In this document: piece by piece, positions 7,631-22,600 of the stretch | Numbering within the stretch: the stretch's first letter is position 1 | Layout: each line of letters opens with the position of its first letter | Origin: a virus | Length of the DNA stretch: 64,000 nucleotides | Strand: one strand, 5' to 3' | Virus record (IMG/VR): IMGVR_UViG_3300011013_000001 | Span: 1 to 64,000 of that record | Notes under the pieces: model-generated | Database searches by the model: none | Told to the model about the DNA's origin: nothing | What the model saw: the letters and a program-made list of their open reading frames with translations, nothing else | Made by a program: the position numbers and the translations under genes

Positions 7631-10600
7631 TTATTCACCTCGCTATAATCGTCGCTAACCTCGCCTGAATGGTCGCCGGTATTGAACTTCGTGCCGGGAT
7701 GGGTTGTTTGCGAATGACGCGGCTGAACCGAGTAGTCCGGTCGTACCACTACGTCATCGTCTTCTGTCAGGGTCGCCTGTCGCCGCGGCGCGTCCGAGCG
7801 GTAATGTTGGAGTGTGTTAGCGCTGACGATTAGGCGAGCGACAGTCTGTCGCAGGCTGAGACTGAATCCGGCAGATTGTGCCCCGGGTATGAACGGCCCT
7901 ACGCTGACAGGAGCAGTAAGGCTCACCGCAGGGTCTACGAAATAGACAGGGGCGTACGGTGGATTGGTCGGTGAAGGAGCGGCCGTAAGCAGATAATCCT
8001 CAACGCGAGCACCGGGAGCATCGTATACAAACACACCGTACCGGCCGCCAGCAGTAGCACTGAAATAATTTTTCTCGTCTTGCGGCGAAGCGACAGCGAC
8101 TCGCCGTGCGTGCCTGAACACAGACACGTAACGGTGGTCAAGCACGCTAACAGGTCGCAAGAGTAGGCGTAATTGTTTGTCAGTATTATTAGTCCGGCCC
8201 GTGAACGGGTCGTGGTCAGGTGTCTGATACGGGTTGCTCGTGCGCCACGAAGTTGTAGCGTGCAAAACTCCGTATTTGGTAGCGAGATAGCCTTCAATTT
8301 CTAACCGCTCGGCCGCTGTTAATTCTCGGTCATAGAAAATAACTTCTGCAATATCTCCGTTCAAAAAGAACGAAGCGGGGACATTCCCTACCGTAAATGG
8401 TCCGCTATCGGCTTTCCAAAACGGTTGATTGACAGCAGACACAAGCGAGCCGTCAACCCACATTGATACATCTGCGTTGCCGCCTACACCATCCCCGTTA
8501 GCGATTTGAGCCGTAGTGAGATATGCCTGATTGAGAGTAATACTCGGCCCGATTATCGTGCCCCATGAAGTATCTTGACCCCACCAAAACTCCCACCTGT
8601 CGCTTGCTCCACTCATATTGGCATAGAAATTGTAACCTGACCTTGTGACAGGCGAAGACGCCCTACTCTCAATCGTGCCTTGAAAATTAGCGTTATCGGT
8701 GGTAACGGCACTTACCACAAACACCGTGAACTCGGTAGGGTTGAGGTCAGCATCAAACGGTATTTCCATTTTGTCGTTACCGTCACAACGGACAACAGGC
8801 CGGTTATTGAAATCGGCATCAGAAGCAGCATAGGTTGGTTGCGCGCTTCCTGTCGCTTGAACGGCATGACGCCCGTTCCCGCTTGAATCATCCCACTGCG
8901 CTAACGCAGCACCATCAGCCACTCCTTTGATTGCATCGGCCTTAAGCCACAACTGCATACCCGATTGAGGGATTTGCGCGCCCCAATTAGCATCGCTCAC
9001 CGGTTCCATGTAGTTACCAAGGTCAAGAATATAATTGCCGCCGAGCGGGTTGATTCCGTCAGTCAGTGACAGTTTCATCACGTCGTCCGTATCGGTACTG
9101 AAATCAAGAGAAGTCAGGTCGTAGTCTATCGCTACCGTGTACCGCTGACCAACACTCCTGTCTGTATGCAGGCTTAGAGCGTGAGTCCCTTGAACCACGT
9201 AAGCGCGGTCGGCATCACCTGTTGCTTCACCGACCGTCATACCGTCAAGACCGATTCGTGGTGAGATTCGGGCTATTGCTTCTTGGATGAATGCTCCGCC
9301 CGAGAGGAAATCCGTCTCGGCTTCTTCTACATTTAGGCCACTCATGGCTTCAGGTTTCAGCAAGCCTTCCTCGTTGTTTATTCCGAGCCTGCGACTAATT
9401 CCTACGGGCAGGTCGGTGCTACTGATAGCATCGTTAGTGGGCCGTAATAGCCCGGTAGTGAACGGAGGTTCAGCGGTATGATGACTGAGCACCATCCCGA
9501 TTGGGCGTATTGGAATACTGACGTCTTGTAGCACATTCTCGTTAAACGCTGTGCTCCACCTACAACCGCGACCATCACCCCTGTCTCCGACTCGCATCGC
9601 AGAAGGAGGGTTGAACCAATCTACTAAATCTTCAACACCAGCCCCACGATTAGTCCGATTATCTACCCCTTCGGTAAGCGATGGTAGAGCGAAATGAGAG
9701 CGGTCACGATACAAATTGTTAGCGGACGGGTCGTTGCTCGGCAGGGCATAAGCATCTTCCGGGTCCCAAGACGGACGGATTCCGAACCCTCTTACAGGGA
9801 ACTTGCGCACGTCTTCGCCTGTAGTGTTACCCCACCAATCTACCACGTAGAACATGTTAGCAGGAGCGAGGTTGCGCTTGTCTGTACTCATGATACTATT
9901 GACACCAACAAACACATCGCCGGGATGCAGTCGCTTAGCGGTAGTAGGATTGACGATGTTGCGCACAGGGCACCCGAACGGACGAGTCATTCGCCTGCCG
10001 TCAGAATACCTAACTTGGTGCCCGCGAACGTCTGCTCCGAGTAGCGCAGAAGCGTTCGTCTGCCGCTCGGTGACACCGGCATTCGTAGGACCGAGTGTGA
10101 AATCAGCAAGACCGTCCTCACCTTCGTAAGTCCAATCACCGTCATCATGTTGCACGAGTGGGCCGTGTTCATATCCACCGTGCGGGAAATCAAACGAGCC
10201 GCCAATCCCTTTCGCTACTTGGATAGCCCAACGCGGTCGGTTGTATGGCTGGCGAACTGCAAACCGGTGGCCGAAGCAGTATTGCCTGTGATACGCATAG
10301 GTGGCATCGGACCCGCTATACACGGTAGCGACATCAGTTTGATTGATTGTAGTACCGTGAGCATCACCGTTCACCCAAACCTTACAGTCGTCCATTTGCA
10401 GATTCTGTTCGCCCCAGCCTCTATACACGTCTCCCCAATGGTCTAGCCGACTCGCCTGTGCTCCGTAGCGAGAACCGCCCGGCCAGTAGTTAGAGAGGTG
10501 GTAGGTCCGTCCGTCCACTCCACCTTCCGCCGGCGTAGTAGGGTCCAATGCTTCAGGAGCCACAGGCGCTCCTGTGCCGGGCGTACTGCTTGTTGTTTTC

Positions 10601-13600
10601 ATTCTCAAACCGAGTGGACCATTACTGACAGCATAGGTGAACTCGTGATAATGAACCATCTCAAAGAACTCAGGTAAGTGATTGAGCGGTTGTTCAAGGA
10701 ACGCCGGTGAGTCCGCGTTAGGTCTGCTACTGTCAGAATGGAACGTGTACGGGCGTCCGAGATTCGGGTGCCACTTTACAAGAAACGCGTCAGCCATGTG
10801 CAGACTGTTAGTATCACGTGTACCGTGAAGCAATTGAGGCAGGTTGCGTGTAGCGACACTTTTCCGCGAATCGGTATACACTTCGCCGGCATCGTAGTTA
10901 TGGAAATTGGAAGTCAGGCGTATCTTCGCCCCGGCCACCGCTTCTGTCCAAAATAGCACATCTTGCGGCACTACTCCTTCAAACCTGCTAGTGTTCTCCG
11001 TACCAAGACCGACACCTCCACCTGACGTATACCCCCTATTGGTGTATACTGCGAACAGTTTACGACCCTCGCGCGTCACCAACTCAAGTTGCGCTCCATA
11101 GTAATCGGCACCGACTAGCGGGAACAGGTCATTGTTGTCAACCACTACTCGGGAATTACCCATATCTACACTGACTACGGTGCATACAGGCGACAGCGCG
11201 CTGTAATCACCTGTATACGCGTCGTAGAAATGAGTCGGATAACCTGCGAGAGTGATTTGGCTACCGATGGCTCCGAGTGTAGACCGGCAGAAGTGATAGT
11301 ATTGGTCAGGATGATAATGCTCAACACCTTTCCATGGTGAAGGGTTCACTAATCCGAATGGGTCATTGAGCGTGTTAGCCCACCATGGAACGGTGAGGGT
11401 ATAACCCGGTGTCGCTCGCCTGAACATACCGGGGTGATAGGGCAACGACCGGCGCGTGAACGCAGGGCTACTACTCTCATTGACACCAAGCGGGTTGAAA
11501 GTAGCGAGAGGCGGTAGCGTGGCGAACTGTTGACCCGGCGCAGGGTCAATATCTAGCATGGTCTCGTTGAGATAGATTTCGCAACCTCGCACGTCTGCTC
11601 CTATCGCTTCGGCGAGAATCAGACCGATGCCACCGTTAGTTTGCCCGTTGTCGTCATCAATGCCGATTACCGTAGCGACCTGCTGACCTGTGAGGAACGG
11701 TACAAGTGTGTTGAAAGTAGAAGTTGCAGGGTCAAATGGTGGCAGGTCGCTGACCGCATTAGTGTTCTGATGGAACCCGACAAGTTGTTGAGCGTAAACG
11801 TTGGGCTGAATGACAATCTGATACGCCCCAACCTCCATCGGGTCGGGGAAATTAGGAGTGAGAGTGTAGTCTTTAGCCGCTTCTAGATAAACTAGATGCG
11901 ACCCTTTGCTGTTCTGTGTACCGGCGACCCCGTCACTCGCGAGGATTCCATAACCGTCGTACCGAATCTTAGTCTCGGTGAGCAGAGTAAAGGCCCCTCC
12001 GTGGACATCTGATGGAGCATAGTTTGCTGTCAGCCCGCTGAACCAAAGCACCGGGTCTCGTACAGGTAAGGCTGCAAGCGCCGCCGCTAAGGGTGCCCCT
12101 GTTAATCCCGCTATGCTTGCTTCTACTGTTGGATGCGCTGCCGTTGAACAAGCGTAGTGGTTAGTGTACAAGCGCTGGTATAACGGGTGAGCGAAATGTC
12201 CCGGTAGCATAGCCATTGTCGGTGTAACGAAATGGTGACCCATGCGTGGTAGCGGTACAGGCGTGAGAGTATTCTCGGTCAGAATATCGTGAGGTGATTT
12301 GGTGCCAAGAGGTTGCGCTCCTTTGACCTGATTCCATTTTGATAGCGGCATATCAGGAGACTCGCCGCTCAGTTCTGAATGGTCGCGCATGCGCCGAGCG
12401 GCGAAGAACCGGTTGCTACCTGCGGGTACGAAGAATGAGGGTTTAACAGAATCGTTGGCGGTAGCGCTGAATCCGGGAGCGAATACCACTCCGGTAAACT
12501 GCGAGCCTGATACGCCTGTATACGAAGCGATGACTCCGTTCACGCTCAAGAACCACCGACTGCTAGACTGTTCAGCCGCAGGTGTCCACACTCTCTCATC
12601 AATAACTTCGTTGACGGTAAGAGTCGTAGTGGTGCTACTAGCGAACGTAAGAGGATTACTTGTCACGTCAACGTCTACTGTAGAACCTGCAAAGTCGTGG
12701 GTATGGTATTTCACCGGCTCACGTTCGCTTGCCGAATACCCTACTTGGGTCACATGGAAATACAGGCTTCTGTCATGCTGCTCGTAAGCGGTACGCAACG
12801 GAGCGTCATTGGTAGCGTTACGCCACCCGTCAGGTGAATTATCGGGGAAATTGTCAGGGTCAGAATCAATATGGTCCCAAGCGTTGTTCTCCCAAGTCGG
12901 CCATACGCGCGGCCCTTCGTTGGTATTATCAAAAGAACGCTTGACAAGGTCTTCAGCGTCACCGGAGCGTTGCATTCCACCGGTCCCGATACTCTCGTTT
13001 TGGTACGCCTGTGCTCTGTCAAACCCTGAGCGAACGATGATATTGCCGGGGATAGTGTCAGGGTCAGGCAACCGTATTTTCATGTTCGGGGCGTTACCGC
13101 TCCCGGCTTCTGATGGAGCGAGACCTTCAACGTCTCTATCGCTCACAAGTTCAAAGTCACGGATTATAGTACCGAACGGGGACCCGCCCTCAATCACGTG
13201 AGTTTGGCCCGTGTCATCAATCACACTCAGTCTCTCAAACTGTAACTCTTCGTTTGGTATCTCTAACACGTTGCGAACCTCAAACGGGAACAGTTCAGCA
13301 ACTTGTGGATGAGCGAGTTCCTGCGCTTGGATTATCGGGTACATGGCGGCATTTGTGGTTTCAAAAGTAAACCGGTTGTTCCCTAGAACCTTCTCTCCGG
13401 TCTGAATCGCTACACCGCCCTTTACCCGAGTGATAAACGGAACTGCTCCAAGCCCGCGAGCGTTAGAGGCGGGTAACGATAAGTTGCCGCCATCCATTCT
13501 TTTCCATACTACGTGCTGTGTGGTGAAGTTCCACGCGGCGGATAACGACTGCCAAAACGTGAACGGGTTAGTATCAGCATCATTCACGCCCGTAATTCCA

Positions 13601-16600
13601 GCGCAGGTGCGATTGAGAGTCTTGCCACTCATTCCACTGATTTCGGTATCAGCGTAGAAATGCGCTCCCGGGTTTATATCAGTATCAAAGAACAGGTCGC
13701 CCGTAGGGAACAGGCAAGACTCCATCAGTAGCAAATCACCCGGGTCGTCAACAGGGTCGTTCCACGGCAAGTTTTCAGTCGTGGTATCAGGAGGAGCCTG
13801 CCCGTTAACCCATAACGCTTCCACGTTCGGGCCACCGTGAGCCGGTGCAGTGTAACGGTCAGCGTTATGGATTTCAGCATCCCATAGTGTAGTCCCCATC
13901 TGTTCAGCAGTTCCTACTCCACCATCGCCCCAACGGAACGCGATTAGGTCGCCCGTACAGGACACACCGTTCCGGTCAAACTTCGCGACAAGCGGTAACT
14001 CGCTTTCGTGTGACACTACTACGTAGTGGCGAGGATGAACACCGTGCGGGCAATCGGTAGGCACAGGGGTATACTGTACTGAATTATCCGGCCCTCCTTC
14101 TACTGTCACGAGCGCGCCCGATTTTGAATGACAAGCGTTTGAGACCCCGTAAGGCGTAAACCCGAGAGCAGCATGCCACGCGCTTTTCCCTGCGGCTACA
14201 CCGAGACTACCGTCCGGGTTAGTAATTAGTAGACTATTAAGATAGGAATACCGCTCGCCGCCCCAGCCGATACTACCGATAGGCCGCGTCCGGTCAACAG
14301 CGTTTACTGCTCCGTTGAAATGGACTTGAGTAGCAGCCAAATGGTCGAAAATCGTATCAGTCCTTGTAGCAAGATGGCTACCATACTGAGTGTTTAGAGC
14401 GTCTTGCGCCCCGTTTGACCACCGTAGGTTGCCTGTCTTAGTCCAGCAGTATACCTTGTATGTCCCACCCGGTGGCGGTAGTACAGTCAAACCTGACGCA
14501 ACTCCGGCGACTGTTGGGTCTTCTAGATATGGGAGATTGGATTTTCTGTTGTTGTCTAACAGGAATGCGTAATTCCCTAACGCGTGGTCAATGTGGACGC
14601 CATAATAATAGCCGTAAAATCCACGGTCCGTCACACCGGCTGTCGGTGTATCATCTGCTATACGAATCCAACCGTAAGCAGGCACGCTGTCAGGTATGTA
14701 AGGTACTTGGACAAATCCTTGAGTGGTGGGTGTATCTTGAGTCAGGTATTGACCGAAATCCATCTCCAACCATGAATACCTGTCCTGTTGAGACGAACTG
14801 CCGAATGACGGAGCGAAGGTGCCACCGAGAGCCTTGAGTGCTGCTGAACCGGGATAAGTATTGATACTGCCCGCTATGACCGCTCCTAACTCTTCTGCGT
14901 TTTGTACGCGAGTAGCGTCTATGACAATCACGTTATCATCAGCATTGAGAGACAGGGTAGCGTCGTAGTCTGTAATGAGTTGAGCGCACCCGCGATAGAT
15001 GGAAGCATTATCTCCGATTTTTGTACCGGTAATAGGTGAGAGTTGACGTGGAGCGACTGTATTAGTAGTCACGGGATGAACAGGGTTCAGGCGGATACTG
15101 TTGTCAAAGAAATGACCACCTGCCGGGTAGCCACCGTCCATATGCCAAACCATGTTAGCGAGAATCTCGTCAGAATGAATCGGTACACCGTTAGTGAGAA
15201 CCCCGCCGTAGTCTACGAATGGGTGAGCATAACCTACCGAAGCAAGGTTAGCCGCTCCTCCGAAATGGTCGCTTGAGTATAGGGTGTTACCTACGCTTGC
15301 ATGGTTGTAGTTAGCATTAGGGAACCCGTGAGCCGTTTCCCAATTTACGAACGCTTTGAACGCTCCTGCATTTTGCGAAGTGAAAGCCCGGACGGGTGGT
15401 AGGTATTGGTCGGTACCGCCCCGGGTCAGTCCTGCCCAAGCGGTAGAATCGCCGTGAGATATTTCGTTAGGATGGAAAGCGGAGATTCGCGTACTCATAA
15501 AGAAATACATAGCGCTTGTAGGGTCGTAGTGGTACGCTTTAGTAGCGCTTGCTACACTCCATTTGACTGACGGTTCTACACCTGTTTCGCTCGCCTCACT
15601 CGCCCAATGTTTAGGGAACGCTTGGCCGGGTCCGAACACCACATAGGTCGTCTGCGGCGGGTCTGCTTGAGGCGTGTCAGTATAACGACCGTGAGGATGA
15701 GCAAAGCGGAGTAGGAGAGGGGACGGGCGCGTGACGTCTACATTACCATAAGGTTCGGTGTCAAGACCTGTATTCGGGTCTTTGCTATTGTTACCTTGAC
15801 CGTCCATATCAGGCGAGAGAGTTGTATCTTGGTTGGCGAATGGCGGGCTAACCTCCCCCTTGTGTTGGTCAAGCATACCTGTTCCGGGGAACATGGCGAG
15901 CATGGCTACCGTGTCTAAGATACAATGCGACCCCATGATTTCGTTAGCGTGCTGAATACCTGCTGTGCCTGTTGGTCCGCTTGAATACGGGTGAGTGTAG
16001 AATGAAGAGTAATCGTTCTGTGTCCCGTCGTTAATATCCAAAACTACTCCGCTAAACCCGCCACCGAAATACAACGGCACGCTATGGTCAGGCGAGTCTC
16101 GTGCTCCCCGGAAATAGGTAAACGGTTGCCCGAAAGGAGAACCCGTAAGCCTTGCCCCGTCAAATAGAATACTCCTGTCAGTCTCTCCCCATTTAGCCAG
16201 CGTGACTATTGTAACCGGGGAAGTACCACCCGGTCCGGGCATGATTTCTGTCATCAGGATAGTAGTAGTGGTAGCACCGCTCGGTGGTTTGTCAAAGATG
16301 GCTGTCCGGTCATCGGTAACGAATATGTGCTGGAAGTTGCCGGCTACCGTGTCCTGCCCTGCTTTCGGTTCACCCTCAAACGACACGCGGTCGTTGAACC
16401 AAACGCGCGTAAGTGGGGCGTAAGACAAATCAGTGACAAGTCCCCCGAAATCAGGAGTGCCGGTTCCTAAATCCGAACCATGCCGACCGACAGGATTCAA
16501 CCAAAACAGACTCATACCCGGATTACCACCGACAGGCTGAGGCCGCAAAGACAACGACCACACGTTACCGGCTACTGCTGCAAATCCGTCTTCCACCTCA

Positions 16601-19600
16601 AAAACTGCGTTTTCTACGGAAGGCGTAACATGGTCGCCAGCGTATCGTGTGAACTTTTCTCCGCGCAGGTTCTTCTTCCAAGTGGTTAGGTCCACTACGT
16701 TGTCGTGACTATCAATCAAGACAGGCGTGGCTGTATTAGCATTAGTCCCACGATATTTAGTAGTGATGTGGAGAAGAGTGCGTGGTACATAACCTGTATC
16801 CAATCTCTTGTTTACGTCAACCTCAGCGCGTGTTAACCCGCCAAGATGCGTATTCTCAAACACTCCTACGCCTGAAGTTGAAGCAGCGACAGCACTATTC
16901 AAACTACCCGCGTACAACCCCCAATCAGGCTGTCTATCAACCTCAAATAGGTCACGAAGCGGTATCACTTCATGCTTGTCGCTATACGCCTGAACACGTA
17001 TAGCCGATTCGCTGACACCCCATTCTCCAAACGTACGACCATCAGGGGCATGTAAATCCCTACAATCAAACGTGGTCTCGGCGACCTTATCGCTGTTAGG
17101 GTCAATGCTCATAGCGTGTTCAACGACAGCGGCGAGCAGTTCATCGGTGACAAGAGTAGTTTGATTCAACACGGGTGAGATGACGACAGGTGCCCTAGTA
17201 GCATCATTAATTGTAAGCGGGCCAGCCTCAGTCGCGGCAGTAAATAGTGTTGTTAGAGATTCACCTGTAACTCCATAAAATGAATGCTGTCCACCGCGCG
17301 TGTTATGAGTACGGTGAGTATAATGGAACACGTGACCGATGGTATCAACGGTCGTTCCTACGCTATGGGTTAGCCAAATCATACCGCTGTCAGGGAACCC
17401 GAGATGACCGAGTACATCAACTCCGTCAGGAATGTCATGCCAAATCCCGTCAGTGTGATACCCAAGCGCTGCTCCGTTAGCGAGCGGAAGAACGGTATCA
17501 GTTAAGTTGGCGAAATCAAGAGTGACGGCGTACGCTCCTTCAGGCACGTGTAGCCCACTGAACAAGTTACCCTTCCATGCTTGAGCGGCACCTGTAAATC
17601 CTGACGTAATACGCCCAATCGCGTCACCGCTACCTGATATACGATTACCAAGAGAGAACCCACCTTGTCCTACATCACGGTCGTCCATCCATACTATAAT
17701 CTCATTCTCAATGGATGACGGTAGTTTCGTGTTATCGTTAGCGAAGCGTTTTCCATACTGCCGGTAAAGGAATCTAATTGTATGCCGGCGACCGAGATGG
17801 TCAATGAATCGCATACCGTAAATCGGCCGGTCGCCGATAGTATCATCTTTCTCGTCTAAAGCGACATAGGTATTGTATGAACTCGCCCCACCCGTCAAAC
17901 CATAGATGTTGGAGAACCGTTCCGAGTCGTGCCCTTCAATACCGAGACCCCATCTGCCAGCATCGGGTGACCAACCGGGTACACCGCTCGCCACAAGTCC
18001 ACCGAAATTGATTCGGGCACGAGCGCGCGTCCCCACCCGTAGTCCTTCAATGAGCGTACGGTTTTCCTGCTGACTCTCAAATGACTCGTTATTATTAGTA
18101 TTAGAAGACCGACCGGACGGCACTTCGTCGTTAAGGGTCCCCGCGTCAGTCAACGATGTTCCACCGCTTACCGGTTCCCCGTTGAACTCGTCAGCGTACC
18201 CAAGATGATTGTTAGAAGAAAACTCGTCACCCGTTTCTTCCGGTGGCAAGTATTCACGGAGAGTAGTGATAGGGGCGAACGGTCGTCCTTGCTTGTTAAT
18301 CGGCATTGGTGCAGGATGCATGTTTTCACCAAGAAGTTCATCAGGCTGACACCAAAAGTTCCTGAATCGGCCCCCGTGTCCTACCAAGAACTGAGGCTTG
18401 TAAGGAGCCTGCGCTCGGCTATTATCCATCCATACAGCGAAATTGCGCCCGGTAGCGCCCGGTACAGTACTATGAATTACGAGAGTGAATCCTTCCACTC
18501 CGTCCACGTCTTCAACAACTCTACCGATATGCGCTCGCATGTACCCCATGTGGCTACCACGGTCAAAAGAGGAGAACGCAGTATCATCCCAAAACGGCGC
18601 GGGGTCGTGAGTGCTACCGGTGACAGCGAAATCCGCCCGGTGGTGCGGAGCGGTAGGGTCAGACAACTGTTCGCTGTCAGGGCTGTTAGCCGACCTGTTT
18701 GTCCCTTGCTTAGTAATATCAAATCGCTCGCTTTCGCCCGGATATTGGTCGGCAGGTCTACGCTGACTACTACGACCATTCAGTGCCCCCGCTTGGTTGA
18801 TGAGACGGACCACTTCACGAGCCGCCGCTTCAATATCAGTTACTCCTTCCTTAACTCCAACTTCCCCTAAATCCAGTTTCAGGCGTCTGACAAAATCCAT
18901 CTGAGACCAATGCGGTAGGTGCTGTAAACGGGTTTCAGCGTGATTACTCAAATCAAGAGTACCACTCCGTTTACCTTTGAGAGCGAGAAAAGCAGGGATA
19001 GCGCGCGTGCCATCGGGTGTATCAAAGAAAGTGGATTGGAACGGGTAAGCATCAGAATCGTTATTCCAGACCTTTTGTGCTTCAGTAGCGATACCCCCAT
19101 GGTCAATACTACCTTTGAGCAGACTACGAGCGTGTCTATCGTCAGCGGCCCCGGGACAGCAGACTGAATTATCAGTCCTGTCTATTGAGCCGGAAGTAAG
19201 ACACTGTGTCCCATCATTAATAGTAAGGAAATTAGGCGCTTGCCTCTCTTTGACAAACGCTGCGTTAAACGAGTTAGACGCCGGCGTATCCACGAGGTAC
19301 CACGACCGGTGAGAATACGCGCTCTCCATGAACTCTGATTTACCTATATTAGTAATCATTAGGTCGTTGCCGACCGGCGAAGTACCACCAATGTCAGTCT
19401 GACTTGTGACGGTAGTCGGGTAAAGGCTGTCACGGTCACGGCGTTGGCTCTTGAACCCGCTCGCTACATCTAAATCCTCAACTCTCATTTCTTTCTGTCC
19501 GCTCTGAACCTGCATCCAAAGGTCTTGGAACGATACTGCTTCGCGGTCGTGCGCTACATCATAAAGCAACACGCGGGCGTGTTCCTGAGTGGAGAGATAC

Positions 19601-22600
19601 GGGTCAACGTAAGCGATGACAGGCGCAGTGTCGCTTCGTCCCAGTGATGTCCAATTCAGTTCAATGGTCTTGTTCACGTGCTGCGCGTAGTTACGAGCAG
19701 TAGTCAAGCAATCGTCACCAATAAGGAAGTTCTCAAGAGCGATACTGTCCCTCGCTTGGTATTCTGTATTTGAGCGTCCGTCATTGAATCCTGCCCAAAC
19801 TTCAAACTCGTTGAACACCCCTCGTGATTTAGCGAAGATACCTTCAATGGCGTGCGGATTCGTATAGTGCATGTTCATCCAAACAGTATCACCGCCCCGC
19901 AATCCGCCCGGAGCGTATGGGTTATTCCAAGTGGCGTTACATAACCCATCTTCAATTCGTTGAGGGAAGACGCTAGTTGAAACTGAATCTATAGACCGGA
20001 TGACCATTTCGTCCTCGGCGACTAAGGGAGTCGGAGCGCCTGAGTCAAGCACAGGATGAGCGACAATAGTCACTTCTGTCGCTTGCCCAAACGTAGCCGC
20101 AGTCTTGTCAACTTCCATAGCATAGATTTGCCCGTTGCTTTCGTTGACCACCGTATAGGCGTACGTGGCTCCAAACTCGTGCATAGCGCTGAAAGAAACA
20201 GCGTCAGGGTCGTTGACATAATAGATATTACCACCCGGATTAGAAGTGATGGAGAACTTCTGCCCGCCACTCTTTATACGAGGCAAGTGAGGGTTTTCGC
20301 GCGGACCTGCTTTGAACTCTATCGCAGAAACGTATTGCCGTAATCCGTAGTCTACATTCCCACCTTGAGTCTGAACGTTCGCCCTATCATGGTAGTAGGG
20401 CCGCCTGAACTCGCGTTTAGTGGAAGTAGTATAACCATCATCACCAATAATGCTTAGAGCATCGTTGGAGTATTCACCGGCAGGAGATATATGAGTACCA
20501 ACAGTAGCATGTTTTAGGAAGTTCTTGGAAGTGGCGCTGTCCACCCCTCCAAGCGTGTCTATTTGGAGATACCCGTCAGCGACAGGGTCGTTTCTATACC
20601 AACACCATTCTCCGTTAGCGAGATATGCTCGGCGTTTTCTTAGACTGTTGTCCATCTCGCGTACTTCTCCTGTAGATGAAGCGGAGTAAGACGAGTCGGG
20701 GAACACCTGAATATCCTCAACATAGATTCTGTAATTTGAAGGGTCAAACGGTCTGTTGATTTTGGTACTCTTACGATGCTTGTCGTTAATCCAAGTGAAA
20801 TGATACGCCCCCATTACTTCTCGGTCGGCTGGCGCGAAATCGTCGCACCTACGACCGACAGGATTAGGCGACCACGAGTGAGCAGTCATAGTGGCATCAA
20901 GCGTTAGTTTCAGCGAGTTGTCAGGACCGGGGAATACGCCGTTGTCTCTGTCTTCAAAGAAGTGGTAAGGGAAGAGAGGGATTTCCGCTAACGCGCGGGT
21001 GGAAGCGTATTGGGTGCCGAGTTGATAGTCATGGTTCACACTACGCAGTGATTGGAATAACCGGTCGTTAGCAGTAGTCCCGTCAGCGCACAACGCTCCG
21101 TCATTGAACAGATTGTCCACTAAGAACTGTGTCCCGGTTACAACATTATTAGTAGCAATCCACACAGAGTAATCTTCAGACTCGCTCCCGTCAGCGTTCA
21201 GGAACACACCTGTCCCTGTCTGAGTAGTCCCATCAAACGAAAAAGTGGTAGCCGTTTTACTAGAATAAGCAGCACTCGCTCCGCTAGCGAGGTACACACG
21301 CCCGACTTCAGGAAAACAGTAAGTCCCCCAAGAAGCGAGAGCGGTGCTATTATTGTTCAGAGGAGCGACCGTGATAGTAGAAAACGGTACGGCGGGTGCA
21401 CCGACAGTTGTAGCACTCGCTGTACAATCGCGGCGCGTAGACCACCCGAGTCTGCTGAGTGGTGAAGGGTCAAAGGTAGGTTTGGTATTCACTGCCCCTT
21501 GACCGGGTCCGCCGAGCGTGACAGTGACCACAGGCGCGCCCGGCATGATTTCCTTAATCGGGTGAGAGTCAGGCGAACCGTCTCCGGTAAAATCAGCGTT
21601 TACATTGACGTCATCCATCAACCCTCTACAATCAAAAATCAGACGGCGACCTAAAGCATCACTCGCTATATCAACGCTTGACACTCTACCTCTCACTTGT
21701 AGGAACTCAAGCGAGATATGGTTAGCATCGTCACTCGCGTCCGACAGTCCTTCTGCCTTAGCCAACTGCATTACGCGCGAACGTGAACTCGGTTGTACAA
21801 TGAACACATGTTCGCCCCTGTCTCTATAATTATCAATTACGTCAAAGACTTCGTGAACGTGAGATGAATGGTTGTTAGCGGCAACGTCAAACGCTCCGCT
21901 TGTGTTATCATTGTCTATCCTTGGAGTCTGACGGAAATAGGTTGGAGCGACGTCAACCGGCGGGTCGGGTAGACCACGATTGGCAGGCCGCATCACTATT
22001 CTGTTGTAGACTGATGGGTGAGCAGGATTAAGTGAATGTGAAGCATCAACCCCTTGCGGCGGCTGATTACCCGGGTCGGTGGCGCGTACAGGCGTATGGT
22101 TAGCAGGAAGCAGACTTTCGTCTAACTCAATCTCGTACTGCTGTCCGCCTGTGTTATCACCGACAAGGCGATGAGGTTTGAGTGAATCGTTAGAATCCCC
22201 TGCCTCTTTCTCCGTAACCCGAATCATGCCACCCGGCGCGTGAAGAGTCATCCCGCTACCAATTGCTGCTGCAATATGCGCTGCTACCGATTGACCACCG
22301 ATAACTGAACCACCGCTTGGTACGGTTTTCTCTATTAGCAGTACAGGCCCACCCGCTCCCATTTTAGACCCTGTCAGGTCAACTGCGTTATAGTGGATTT
22401 GAACGTAAGGAGCGGCGGGGGCGAGAGTGGGGACTTCAAGGATAGCGATTCGTGATTCGGTTTCAGGAGCGAGATGCAGGTCGTATACGTTATCGGTATT
22501 GAGTATACTCTCAGCAGCATGCCCTTTGAGCAGGAACGGGCGAACGTCAAAGTTAGAGCCACCTATCGCTATAATTTCTCTATTACGTTCAGCACTCGTA

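Noticed and set aside
18205-18870. 221-aa plus-strand ORF, with many other 60-130-aa ORFs on both strands inside 7627-24264
   Set aside because: All lie within the uninterrupted 5545-aa reading frame. They have odd, Arg/Ser/Cys-rich composition and no ribosome-binding sites. I treat them as frame shadows.
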